DNA from: a virus
Lineage: Duplodnaviria; Heunggongvirae; Uroviricota; Caudoviricetes
Direction: 5' to 3' (one strand)
Length of the DNA: 64,000 nucleotides
Virus record (IMG/VR): IMGVR_UViG_2029527006_000005
Program-made: the position numbers and the translations under genes
Shown: piece by piece, positions 1-9,612 of the stretch
How positions within the stretch are numbered: position 1 is the first letter of the stretch
Layout of the letters: each line of letters opens with the position of its first letter
The notes under the pieces: model-generated
Told to the model about the DNA's origin: nothing
Databases searched by the model: none
Seen by the model: the letters and a program-made list of their open reading frames with translations, nothing else

Positions 1-2
1 GA

Positions 3-2330
3 ATTTCAGATGCAGCATCAAATACAATTAATGAACTATCATCAGGATTAGGTGGTCAAGCCAATGAATTAACATATAATACTGTTAGTAAAGGAACATC
101 CGACGAAGTAACAACCGCTTCTGTTAATAAAGCAAAAGCAATTGAAACAAATGTCGATCCTAACCTTACTGGTATGAATCCTAATTCCTCAAACCCTTAT
201 AAAGCAAAAGTAACTGGTGAACGTCCTAAAAACTGGAACAGTGCTGAAGGTGTTTACTCAGATGCTAACCTAAATGATTTTATTGTACCTTATGATAACG
301 CTTTATTAAAATATGACAACTACACTTACCACTTTACTCTATTTGGATTGAGTTCCCCTGAATATCACCTATTCTGGGATAACCCAGATACCGAAGTTAA
401 TAGACATGTAATAGCGGAAAGTGGTGTAACTGGTAGATTTAGTATAGATAGTGTTCAAATTACAACTGCTGGCCCTGCATCACCGGGTTTAACAACAAAC
501 TTCTCATTTAATAACTGCGTAATGGCAATTTCTGAAAATAATGGTATGAGTTTGTTTAATGACCTTGTAGTACTAGCAAATGATCTAGGATATAACAAGT
601 TTATGGACCTACCTCTTATTATGGAAATGGATTTCATCGGTTTCCATCCAGTAACAGGTAAACCAGAACGTATACCGGGTCTAAACCGAAAATGGGCTGT
701 CCGTATTAATACAATTAAAGCTCGTGCAACTGAAAGTGGAGGTACTATTGTTTATGACTTACAAATGACTCGTGCACGTGCTGGATTAGTTGAAAATAAG
801 GATTGGATGCTCAAAGAACCATATACTTGTACTTCTGCAACGTTCGGTGACTTTGTTCAACAAATCCAAGACAAACTTAACAAGATGGCTCAAAAGCAAT
901 ACGGATATCTACAGTACCGTTACGATGAATTTGCTAATGGAATGTATTATGAAATTCACGTTCCTGATGAATTGGCTGCAATGTCAATTAACTACGACAT
1001 GAAACAATCTAAAGAAGTTGGAAATACAGTAAATGGCTCTGATGGTGCTAAAGACTTCTCTTGGGGTGCTGATGTTCCTGTATCTCGTGCATTCGATGAC
1101 GTTTTGGATACATGTATTCCAGTACAATCAAGTACTGACCGCCGTCGCCAATTTGTCAACATTATTCCAGTACAAAAATATGTCGGCTATGATCCAATTC
1201 GTGCAAACTTGGCTTATAAAAATCACTTCTACATTGTTAAGTATAATATTGGTGATGTTGTTAGTGAAGAAGACCTTAAACATGAAAAATTCAACTTCGA
1301 ATACTTCTTTGAAAACGCCGACAAGTATGCGGAACCGGGTAATAATGAACCTAAACTTAATATTAAACGCTACGACTATCAATTTACTGGTCTAAACCAA
1401 GAAATATTGAACCTAGAACTTAAATTCGACCAAGGATTTAACGTAGCAGTAACTCGTAACCCAGATACACAACGAGATATTGAAAACCGTAGTGGTACTC
1501 ACGCCGCTGAGTACATTCAATTGGGTGACACAATTTATGATACCTCTATCCGTACTAACGTAACCGATATGTGGAGTAAATCACAAGATTTAAAAGATGA
1601 ACAAAATAATGGTCGAGTTCTTTCAGATGAAGAACAACGTTTCATACGTGACACTGAAGCAGTAACATCTCAACAAATGAAAGTCGGTCAAGAAGATGAA
1701 CAAAATGAGCTATTTGGATATACTAGTACTGGCCCATCTTATATCGAAGACTACCGAAACGAATATGACATGACTTATGCTGGTACTGAAGGTATTGGTG
1801 GTAAAAATGGTACTATCGATGCTGTTCCTACTGAACCAGAGAACATTAAAACCGCTGTTTCAGGTTCAGAGAACGATAACAGTGGTAGCTATGAAATGGA
1901 TCGCCGTTTAATGCGTGACAACTATTATAACCGTACTTTCTTGAGTAAATTGGATATGAAAGTTGTCGGTGACCCGTTCTGGTTAGGCTGGAGTGACATT
2001 TCATATATGAATTACCTCCAAAAAGCCGTTGCAGGTGAAGATATGGAAGTAGATACTACCGATGTTCACTTTGCTAACTGGATTAACAGTGAAGCATACC
2101 TACTTTTAAACATAAAACCTGTTGTTGCTATCAGTGATAGTACTGGTATTCTAGATTATGATACACCAACAATATTTTCTCAAACTATATACCGTGTAAA
2201 CAAGGTTGTTAGTGATTTTGGTCCTAATGGATCATTCACACAACAACTTACTGGTGGTATAGTAATACGCTCTCTACGTAGACGTGACCAATTAACTGAC
2301 GACGACGAAGGAACCGCAAGCAATGGCTGA
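3..2330 (+). CDS. Putative baseplate hub-like virion protein; 5'-truncated by the window edge
   Basis: The frame of ORF 174..2330 stays open back to position 3 with no stop. C-terminal 'LDMKVVGDPFWL...YRVNKVVSDF..GSFTQQL' resembles gp27/late-control-D hub proteins. Lies directly upstream of the gp5-like spike. Confidence 0.5.
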   Translation: MSDAASNTINELSSGLGGQANELTYNTVSKGTSDEVTTASVNKAKAIETNVDPNLTGMNPNSSNPYKAKVTGERPKNWNSAEGVYSDANLNDFIVPYDNALLKYDNYTYHFTLFGLSSPEYHLFWDNPDTEVNRHVIAESGVTGRFSIDSVQITTAGPASPGLTTNFSFNNCVMAISENNGMSLFNDLVVLANDLGYNKFMDLPLIMEMDFIGFHPVTGKPERIPGLNRKWAVRINTIKARATESGGTIVYDLQMTRARAGLVENKDWMLKEPYTCTSATFGDFVQQIQDKLNKMAQKQYGYLQYRYDEFANGMYYEIHVPDELAAMSINYDMKQSKEVGNTVNGSDGAKDFSWGADVPVSRAFDDVLDTCIPVQSSTDRRRQFVNIIPVQKYVGYDPIRANLAYKNHFYIVKYNIGDVVSEEDLKHEKFNFEYFFENADKYAEPGNNEPKLNIKRYDYQFTGLNQEILNLELKFDQGFNVAVTRNPDTQRDIENRSGTHAAEYIQLGDTIYDTSIRTNVTDMWSKSQDLKDEQNNGRVLSDEEQRFIRDTEAVTSQQMKVGQEDEQNELFGYTSTGPSYIEDYRNEYDMTYAGTEGIGGKNGTIDAVPTEPENIKTAVSGSENDNSGSYEMDRRLMRDNYYNRTFLSKLDMKVVGDPFWLGWSDISYMNYLQKAVAGEDMEVDTTDVHFANWINSEAYLLLNIKPVVAISDSTGILDYDTPTIFSQTIYRVNKVVSDFGPNGSFTQQLTGGIVIRSLRRRDQLTDDDEGTASNG

Positions 2331-4992
2331 TACAAGTAAGATTTTCGCCAAGGATCAGTTGACTAGATTTGATCCTAGCTACCCACAACTAGCAACAGTC
2401 ATGGACAACCGAGATCCAACCAATAGTGGTAAACTAAAGGTCTGGATTCAAGGCTCTCAGAGTGACCGTGACGCAAAAGACTCATGGATTGAGGTAGGAT
2501 ACCTCTCTCCATTCGCAGGACGTACACCGGGTGTTCCCGGTGCTAATTCATACCAACAATTCCCGAAAGGGTATGGCTTTTGGGCTGTACCACCGGATGT
2601 TGGCTGTACTGTAGCTGTAATCTTCATTCAAGGCCGCCAATTCGAAGCATATTGGATTGGCTGCGTATACGATGAACGCATGAACACTATGGTTCCGGGT
2701 ATGGCAACCGAAAACCTACCAAATAGTGGGTATGATATGCCAGTACCTGTTACCGATTATGATCGTAACACAATTCAAACGAATTTGAAAGAAAAATATC
2801 CAAACGTACCAACAATCGAAGGTCTAAAGAAACAAAACCTTCTATATGATGAGGAAAAAGGTGCTGCAAACCGTTCAAGTACTCGTACTATCGCTAGTAC
2901 AGTGTACGGCATGAGTACTCCACGTGGTAACAGCTTCGTTCTTGATGACGGTTTCACCGAAGCCGAATTAAACAGACAAAACTGGAACCAAGACCCAGAC
3001 GGTTACCAAGATACACAAGTTAACAACCCCGTTAATGATACTGCGATCGGTACTCGCAAAAACGAAGGTATAGTACTACGTACTCGTAGTGGTGCTCAAC
3101 TACTTCTTTCAGAAGCAACTGGATCAGTGTTTATTATTAACCGTGATGGTACTGCTCGCATAGAAATGACACCAGAAGGGGATATTATGATTCACGGCGA
3201 TAAAAGTCTTAATGCCCGTATGGGTGAAGACATTAACCTAGTCGCTGGTCGTAATATTAATATACAAGCTGGTGCTGATATGCAATGTAGTGTTGCAGGA
3301 AATACTAAATTGAACCTTATTGGTACTCTAGATGCTAAAATTGGAGGCCAAGTCGTTATTAATGCTGGTGCTGACCTACGCTTAGTAACAGCCGCCACCC
3401 TTCGTGCTCAAGCAGGAAGTAGTGTTAACATAACATCTGGTACTAATACTGCGATTACAGCAGGTAGTAATGTGGATATCGGTGGAACAGTTGTAAACAT
3501 CACTGGCGGTGGTACTAGTCTTACTGTTAAAGCTGGGAGTACAGCAAGTACAGCAGAAATGGGTGCTCCAGACTTCAAAACACCTACTGTTGGACTTAAA
3601 GAACATATTCACTACCACCAATCATTCTCTAGTGCATCAAACCACAGTGATGCTATGGCCCCTCCGGTAAATGGCGGTGGTTCATCAAGTGCGAGTCCCG
3701 CTCAACCAGCAGAACCAGCTAACGATGTGGCTCCAGTGATCCCAGAAGAAACTGAATACGAAGCTGTTCAATATATTAACAGTACTCAAGAAGTTTCACA
3801 AGTGGTTACCCAAGATATGCTTTATTCAAGTGATAGCATGACATATACCCAAACATTCGAAGGTCTTTACATGTTTATGCCTTGTACCGGGACAATTCGT
3901 GAATTTGGTTATTGGGGTAAGAATGTTCCTACACAAGATGGTAACAAAGCTGACCGATATGGATGGACAATACAAACTAAAGGTAATGTAGTAGCTCCAG
4001 ACTTTGGTACTGTTTCACTTGTAGGTAATGGTGGTGTTGTAGTAGCACACATGAGTGGATACAAATCTGTATTCTATGGATTGGAAGTTACAGTACAGAA
4101 CGGAAGTCGAGTACAGAAAGGTGATGTTCTAGGTAATGGTAAAGGTATTATTGAATTCGAAATACGAAGAATTTCTTCTAATCTATTCGGTTTCAGTGGA
4201 ACAGTTGATCCGGGTCTATTCTATAGTACTGTTACTGGTGAAGGGGCCGAAGCCGCAAACCGGGCATTAACTGGTGGACAGCCTAGTAATCCTAATGCTC
4301 CAGCAGCAGATGCTACAACATTCTCAGAAAATAGTGACGAATTAGTTGTAATGACTAAAGTTAAAAGTATTGGTAGTACATATTCCCAGCGTGGTTCAAG
4401 ACATGTCCCTAGACGTAAAACTTCTGCACGTAGACAATCAGTACAAGATGATACTCCAGCTATTTCAATTGGTGTAGTTGATAAGGCAGCTATTGGATGG
4501 AAAGTTGTAGCTACGGACGAAAAATTAGTCAATGATACTATAAACTTTGAAGGTACTATTGCTTATCAAACAAAAGTAGGACACTTCCGAAATGGTAGAT
4601 TCTGGGTATTCCCAGATCCAGTTAAAGGACAAGATATTGGATACGGTCACTTAGTTACTGCAAGCGAACGGGCCAGTGGAGTGTTTAATAACGGTATTAC
4701 ACCAGATGAAGCTAAACAAATCCTAATTAAAGATTTACAAAGATCTGTAGATGGTGCTAAACGCCTATATGCTCAGTACTCGCTACAAACACCTTATTTG
4801 TGCCAGATAGTACTAGTAGAAATGGCATACCAAATGGGACCGGGTGCTCTTGGTAAATTTAAAGGTATGTTCAAAGCACTTCAACAAGGTAATTATAGAC
4901 TAGCTGCTCATCATATTCGTGATTCATTGTGGTACAGACAAACTACTCGCCGTGCTGAAACTATGGCACGTTATATGGAGGCTTGTCAATAA
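2323..4992 (+). CDS. gp5: Baseplate central spike (gp5/VgrG-like) with C-terminal degenerate M23-like and T4-type lysozyme domains
   Basis: N-terminal OB-fold motifs 'DNRDPTNSGKLKVWI' and 'WAVPPDVGCTVAVIF'. G/N/I-rich beta-helix repeats and an 'EHIHYH' tip motif. C-terminal 'FEG...IGYGHL...EMAYQMG...SLWYRQTTRRA' lysozyme. Confidence 0.85.
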   Translation: MADTSKIFAKDQLTRFDPSYPQLATVMDNRDPTNSGKLKVWIQGSQSDRDAKDSWIEVGYLSPFAGRTPGVPGANSYQQFPKGYGFWAVPPDVGCTVAVIFIQGRQFEAYWIGCVYDERMNTMVPGMATENLPNSGYDMPVPVTDYDRNTIQTNLKEKYPNVPTIEGLKKQNLLYDEEKGAANRSSTRTIASTVYGMSTPRGNSFVLDDGFTEAELNRQNWNQDPDGYQDTQVNNPVNDTAIGTRKNEGIVLRTRSGAQLLLSEATGSVFIINRDGTARIEMTPEGDIMIHGDKSLNARMGEDINLVAGRNINIQAGADMQCSVAGNTKLNLIGTLDAKIGGQVVINAGADLRLVTAATLRAQAGSSVNITSGTNTAITAGSNVDIGGTVVNITGGGTSLTVKAGSTASTAEMGAPDFKTPTVGLKEHIHYHQSFSSASNHSDAMAPPVNGGGSSSASPAQPAEPANDVAPVIPEETEYEAVQYINSTQEVSQVVTQDMLYSSDSMTYTQTFEGLYMFMPCTGTIREFGYWGKNVPTQDGNKADRYGWTIQTKGNVVAPDFGTVSLVGNGGVVVAHMSGYKSVFYGLEVTVQNGSRVQKGDVLGNGKGIIEFEIRRISSNLFGFSGTVDPGLFYSTVTGEGAEAANRALTGGQPSNPNAPAADATTFSENSDELVVMTKVKSIGSTYSQRGSRHVPRRKTSARRQSVQDDTPAISIGVVDKAAIGWKVVATDEKLVNDTINFEGTIAYQTKVGHFRNGRFWVFPDPVKGQDIGYGHLVTASERASGVFNNGITPDEAKQILIKDLQRSVDGAKRLYAQYSLQTPYLCQIVLVEMAYQMGPGALGKFKGMFKALQQGNYRLAAHHIRDSLWYRQTTRRAETMARYMEACQ

Positions 4993-5026
4993 ATATTTTA
5001 GGCGACTAAATAAAGGAGAATAAAAT

Positions 5027-5515
5027 ATGAGTTGGACTTTAACCGCTAATGACTCTCAATTCTTTTCAGATGTAAAAATCTATGAAGGATCTAAAGAGTT
5101 CCAAACAGCTAAAGGAATGTTCAAGAATGGAAAATTCTGGACATATAAAGATAGTCTAGGACTACCAACAATCGGCTACGGTCACTTGATTCGTCAAGGT
5201 GAAAACTTCTCTAATGGTCTCACTGAGGCCGAAGCCGAGGCGTTGCTTCAGAAAGATGCACTTAACGCTTATAAAGATGCTAAGTCAATTTATGAACAAT
5301 ATGGTATGAATGGACCAGTCGAACTTCAGCGTGTACTCTGGCAAATGACTTTCCAAATGGGTAAGTCGTCAGTACTCAACTTCCGCAAAGCACTTGTTGC
5401 TATGGGGAAAGGTGACTACAAAACTGCTGGTAGAGAAATGCGTGACTCTAGATGGTATAGACAAACTACCTCTCGTGCAGAAAAAATGGCTCGCATTGTA
5501 GAGGGACTTCAGTAA
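5027..5515 (+). CDS. T4-type (GH24) lysozyme
   Basis: 'YEG...YKDSLGLPTIGYGHL...MTFQMG...SRWYRQTTSRA' with the E/D/T triad present. Strong RBS AAGGAG. Confidence 0.9.
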   Translation: MSWTLTANDSQFFSDVKIYEGSKEFQTAKGMFKNGKFWTYKDSLGLPTIGYGHLIRQGENFSNGLTEAEAEALLQKDALNAYKDAKSIYEQYGMNGPVELQRVLWQMTFQMGKSSVLNFRKALVAMGKGDYKTAGREMRDSRWYRQTTSRAEKMARIVEGLQ

Positions 5516-5524
5516 GGATAATTA

Positions 5525-5917
5525 ATGGCAGTTATATTCAAAGGGTTCTCATCACCCATTGTTGGAAAAACTAAAGTACTATATGACGAAGAACTTGTTA
5601 AGCAAGACCTCCTAAATCATTTTAATACCAGAAAAGGTGAACGGGCTTTCGATGCCGAATACGGCTTCATTGGATGGGATTTCATCTTCGAACTCGACCA
5701 ACCAAGCGTTAAACAAGCACTTGATGATGATGCTCGACGTATAATTGCTCAAGATCCTCGCGTCGAAGTACAACACTTGGAAGTACTGAATACTGAATAC
5801 GGTTACCGTATCAATATTAACCTGTACTATGTTCAATTGGAATCAGTTGAAGACCTAGTAATAGTGTTCGATAGACGTACTAACGAAAAAATGGTAGCTA
5901 TAGCTTCTAACTTTTAA
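5525..5917 (+). CDS. gp25: Baseplate wedge subunit, gp25-like
   Basis: 'LLNHFNTRKGER...EYG...FE...IIAQDPRV' gp25/GPW pattern. Located between spike and gp6. Confidence 0.85.
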   Translation: MAVIFKGFSSPIVGKTKVLYDEELVKQDLLNHFNTRKGERAFDAEYGFIGWDFIFELDQPSVKQALDDDARRIIAQDPRVEVQHLEVLNTEYGYRININLYYVQLESVEDLVIVFDRRTNEKMVAIASNF

Positions 5918-5923
5918 TAAAAA

Positions 5924-5950
5924 GGCATCCGATTGGATGCCTTTCTTTTT
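5924..5950 (+). terminator. Rho-independent terminator
   Basis: GGCATCC-GATT-GGATGCC followed by TTTCTTTTT. Confidence 0.85.
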
Positions 5951-5985
5951 GATAAATATTTCTATACTAATATTCGAGGTACGTA

Positions 5986-6066
5986 ATGACAAAGAAGAAA
6001 ACCTATGATGAAGATCATATTTCAGTACTGAAAGAATACTTTATTAATATAGAATTAAAGGAATAA
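5986..6066 (+). CDS. 26-aa mini-ORF MTKKKTYDEDHISVLKEYFINIELKE (not in ORF track)
   Basis: GAGGT RBS 5 nt before the ATG. Lies downstream of TAAATA (5953-5958). Stop falls 5 nt before the gp6 start. Confidence 0.45.
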   Translation: MTKKKTYDEDHISVLKEYFINIELKE

Positions 6067-6071
6067 TTACT

Positions 6072-9000
6072 ATGTCACAACAAAAAAGACAATCAAATTT
6101 ATACGCCGCCGAGAATTGGAAGCAAGTGTATGAAAGTTTTTATAAAATCAATTTGACAGCCTACGATTTTGACACCATTCGTGAGAGTATGATCAATTAC
6201 TTAAGATTGACCTATCCCGATTCTTTTAATGACTGGATTGAGAATAGTGAATTCATCTTTATACTAGACACTATTTGTATGCTAGGACAAAACTTAGCAT
6301 TCCGAATGGACCTAAACTCTCGTGAAAACTTTTTGGACACAGCGGAACGCCGTGCTTCAGTACTAAAACTAGCGAAGATGATTTCTTACGCACCTAAACG
6401 GGCGTATCCGGGTCGTGGATTAGCTAAGTTAACTGAAATCAAGACAAACCAAGATATACGTAACAGTTACAATGAATCATTGCGTAACAAGACAATTCGT
6501 TGGAACGATCCTGCTGATAATAACTGGTATGAGAACTTTATTTTAGTTATGAACAGTTCATTTATTAGTTCTAACCAGTTTGGTAATCCTGTTAAGAAAA
6601 TTTCTACCAATGGTGTATCGAATCAATTATATCGAATGAACACCATACCTATGAGTGCACCTAGTATTCCATTTACTGCGGTGATCAATGGAACATCGAC
6701 TACATTTGAGGTAGTTAACCCTGATATTAACAGTATTGGTGCTGATGAACGTCACCCTGAACCACAAGATCAAAAATACATCATCTATCGTAATGATGGT
6801 AATGGTTTTGCATCTCCTAACACTGGATTCTTTGTTTACTTCAAGCAGGGAACATTATCTTATACAGATTATCAGTACGATATACGTATTGAAAACCGTA
6901 TACAGAATATTGACACTAACAACATTAATGAGACTGATGTTTGGGTACAAGAAATCAATGAGGATGGTATCGTTCGTTCTAAGTGGACAAAAGTACCGTC
7001 AATGGAGAGTATAGCTTATAACTCGGTAGATCGTCAATTAAAATCTATTTTCTCAGTAACAACCCGCGATAATGATCAGATTACTATTAAATTCCCTGAT
7101 CAACGAAGTGGTGTAGTACCTCGTGGGACATTCCGTGTATGGTATCGTGTGAGTAATGGAGAAACTTATAGTATTAAGACTTCTGATATTCAGAACAAAG
7201 GTATTAAGTACGTTTACCGTACTAAATCACAAACTGATTTCGAAAATAGTACTTTAGACATTAAATTCACGTTGCAGTACGAAACATCTTTGGCACAGAG
7301 TGCAGAAACTATTCAACAGATTAAAGATCGTGCACCACAGATGTATTATACACAAAACCGTTTTGTAAATGGTGAGGATTATAACATTGCACCGTTGATG
7401 TTAGGTAATACCGTACTAAAAGCTAAGGCACTTAATAGAATTTACTCTGGACAGTCCCGATTCATCGATATTAATGACCCTACCGGGAAATATCAAAATA
7501 CTGACGTATTTGCTGATGATGGTGCGATGTATAAAGAGAATAAAACTATTCGTCAGGGTGTTTTATTACCAACTGCTAAATCTAATGAAACTATTATAGT
7601 TGATTCTATTCAGCCTATCATTGGTGACACATCTGTTATTCAGACGTATCAAGAATGGGAGCCTAACACCGTATATCCAACTAATAACCAGCATTGGTCA
7701 CCTGAGTACAATTCATTGTATTCTAAAAATACGTATGGTCGTATTTTGATTAACGGTGAACCAACATCTGCTTATGATGTGGGTACATTAATCAACTTCA
7801 AAAGTAATACAACTTCTGGTTATTGGACAAGTATTGTTGGTCGTGAGGATAATGGTTATTACATTTTATCCAAACCAATTTCGGCTGATATGTTGATTTA
7901 TTCATATTTGAAGCCGTATCGTGTTCAGTTTAATACAGTTGAGATCCAAACTATTTCTGCTATGATGAATCGCAAGACTGATTTTGTTATTATCTATGAT
8001 ACTTCTACACTTTCTTGGATTCCAATTGAGGGTAGTACATCTGAAGCTACTATTCAGTACAATAATGTTACTTATCCAATTTTAGTTCGTGTTCAATACA
8101 CTGCTGAGTCATGGGAATTTGATGGATATGGTGTAAATTATGTATTTGTTGGTGGAGATAAGGTTAAGTTTTACTTTGTAAGTACTAAGAAGATATCTGA
8201 TATCAGTACTGGTACAGTACAAGCCGATAAGATTGACATTTTACCATGTAACAGTGTTCCTGATAACAATTTAGGATTAGGTGTTAATGTTGATTTCCAA
8301 ATTTTGGACACAATTCAGCAAGAAAATGGATATCTTGATGGTTCTCGTGTTATTATAACAAGTCAGGACGTTGATAGCAATGGAATTCCGTTGGAGCCTA
8401 ATCAATTTGCTTCTATTGTTCCTAAATTCACTGGTGAAGATGCTAAAAAGTATGGTGGGTTGTTGGTATTCCGCGAAAACACCGATTTCACGATTGACAT
8501 ATTGAATTTACCGTCAACTAACTTCACAGTACTTGATTCTAGTTGGACATATACTGAGGCACAAGCACAGGCAGAGGTTAACACATATAAACGTCAAGAA
8601 TTTATGCGTAACGTATTAATTCGTAGTACTTCTATGAGTGATTTATATGGTAAGGGTTCAGGATTTACTATTGGTTTCCAATATGATGGTAATTCATATT
8701 TTGTTGAACAGACTGTTGGTAATAACAATGATCGTTTAAACAACTTTATTGCTAACATGATTGAGCCTGATGATACATTTGAGATGACACCGGAAATTGC
8801 GTTTTACCGTGCTATTCAGAATGAGGGCAATTCACAGCTTCCAGCGAATAAAAAATTATCTTTCTATGGATATAAAGAAGTATCTAGTGAGTACTATTTT
8901 GTTTCTAATGCTCGTACCGGAATTATGTTCCATTGGAAGCATTACGCACCTGATGACAACCGAATTGACCCAAGTAAAACAAACTTAATTGATATGTATG

Positions 9001-9536
9001 TTCTAACGAACTCATATAAGACAAACATCGATTTGTGGATTAAGAATGGGGCTAAGGGCATTTTCCCTAAACCACCTACTAGTGTTGAATTGAAGGAAAT
9101 GTTCAAGGATGTTGAACAGAAGATTGTAATTAGTGATAGTATTATTTGGCACAGTGCGAATTATGTTCCTTTATTTGGTGATAGTGCAGATCCTGCATAT
9201 CAGGCTGATATCAAGGTCGTGAAGATTCCTAATAGTACATTAAGTGATGATGAGATACGTCAGAAGGTTATTAGTATAACCAATGATTTCTTTGATATCA
9301 ATTATTGGAACTTTGGTGATACATTCTTCTTCACTGAGTTATGTGCATACATCCACATGCAATTGAGTACTGAGATCAGTACTGTAGTGTTAGTTCCAAA
9401 CAACCCAAATAGTAAGTTTGGTGAATTGTTTGAGATACCATGCCAACCGGATCAGCTTTTTGTAAGTACTGCGACTGTTGATAACGTATCTATTATTAGC
9501 TCACTAGCTAAGAGTAACATCAATATTGGTAATTAA
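6072..9536 (+). CDS. gp6: Baseplate wedge protein, gp6-like
   Basis: 'YDFDTIRESMINYL...FNDW.E.SEF...ENFLDTAERRASVLKLAKMISY' and 'QNRFVNGEDY' are gp6/baseplate-J hallmarks. Confidence 0.85.
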   Translation: MSQQKRQSNLYAAENWKQVYESFYKINLTAYDFDTIRESMINYLRLTYPDSFNDWIENSEFIFILDTICMLGQNLAFRMDLNSRENFLDTAERRASVLKLAKMISYAPKRAYPGRGLAKLTEIKTNQDIRNSYNESLRNKTIRWNDPADNNWYENFILVMNSSFISSNQFGNPVKKISTNGVSNQLYRMNTIPMSAPSIPFTAVINGTSTTFEVVNPDINSIGADERHPEPQDQKYIIYRNDGNGFASPNTGFFVYFKQGTLSYTDYQYDIRIENRIQNIDTNNINETDVWVQEINEDGIVRSKWTKVPSMESIAYNSVDRQLKSIFSVTTRDNDQITIKFPDQRSGVVPRGTFRVWYRVSNGETYSIKTSDIQNKGIKYVYRTKSQTDFENSTLDIKFTLQYETSLAQSAETIQQIKDRAPQMYYTQNRFVNGEDYNIAPLMLGNTVLKAKALNRIYSGQSRFIDINDPTGKYQNTDVFADDGAMYKENKTIRQGVLLPTAKSNETIIVDSIQPIIGDTSVIQTYQEWEPNTVYPTNNQHWSPEYNSLYSKNTYGRILINGEPTSAYDVGTLINFKSNTTSGYWTSIVGREDNGYYILSKPISADMLIYSYLKPYRVQFNTVEIQTISAMMNRKTDFVIIYDTSTLSWIPIEGSTSEATIQYNNVTYPILVRVQYTAESWEFDGYGVNYVFVGGDKVKFYFVSTKKISDISTGTVQADKIDILPCNSVPDNNLGLGVNVDFQILDTIQQENGYLDGSRVIITSQDVDSNGIPLEPNQFASIVPKFTGEDAKKYGGLLVFRENTDFTIDILNLPSTNFTVLDSSWTYTEAQAQAEVNTYKRQEFMRNVLIRSTSMSDLYGKGSGFTIGFQYDGNSYFVEQTVGNNNDRLNNFIANMIEPDDTFEMTPEIAFYRAIQNEGNSQLPANKKLSFYGYKEVSSEYYFVSNARTGIMFHWKHYAPDDNRIDPSKTNLIDMYVLTNSYKTNIDLWIKNGAKGIFPKPPTSVELKEMFKDVEQKIVISDSIIWHSANYVPLFGDSADPAYQADIKVVKIPNSTLSDDEIRQKVISITNDFFDINYWNFGDTFFFTELCAYIHMQLSTEISTVVLVPNNPNSKFGELFEIPCQPDQLFVSTATVDNVSIISSLAKSNINIGN

Positions 9537-9542
9537 TTTAAG

Positions 9543-9568
9543 GGCATCTTCGGATGCCTTTTATTTTT
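9543..9568 (+). terminator. Rho-independent terminator with UUCG loop
   Basis: GGCATC-TTCG-GATGCC followed by TTTTATTTTT. Confidence 0.85.
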
Positions 9569-9576
9569 TATAAATA
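9569..9576 (+). promoter_or_regulatory. T4-type late promoter TATAAATA
   Basis: Exact T4 late consensus about 37 nt upstream of the giant structural gene. Confidence 0.7.
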
Positions 9577-9612
9577 AACCAAACGATGAAATGAATTTTT
9601 ACGGAGAAATAA

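Noticed and set aside
2323-9536. T6SS or extracellular contractile injection system locus (VgrG, gp25, ClpV-like ATPase)
   Set aside because: Neck and head-completion genes, dNMP kinase, thyA and T4-type late promoters indicate a lytic phage. No membrane-complex genes are present.
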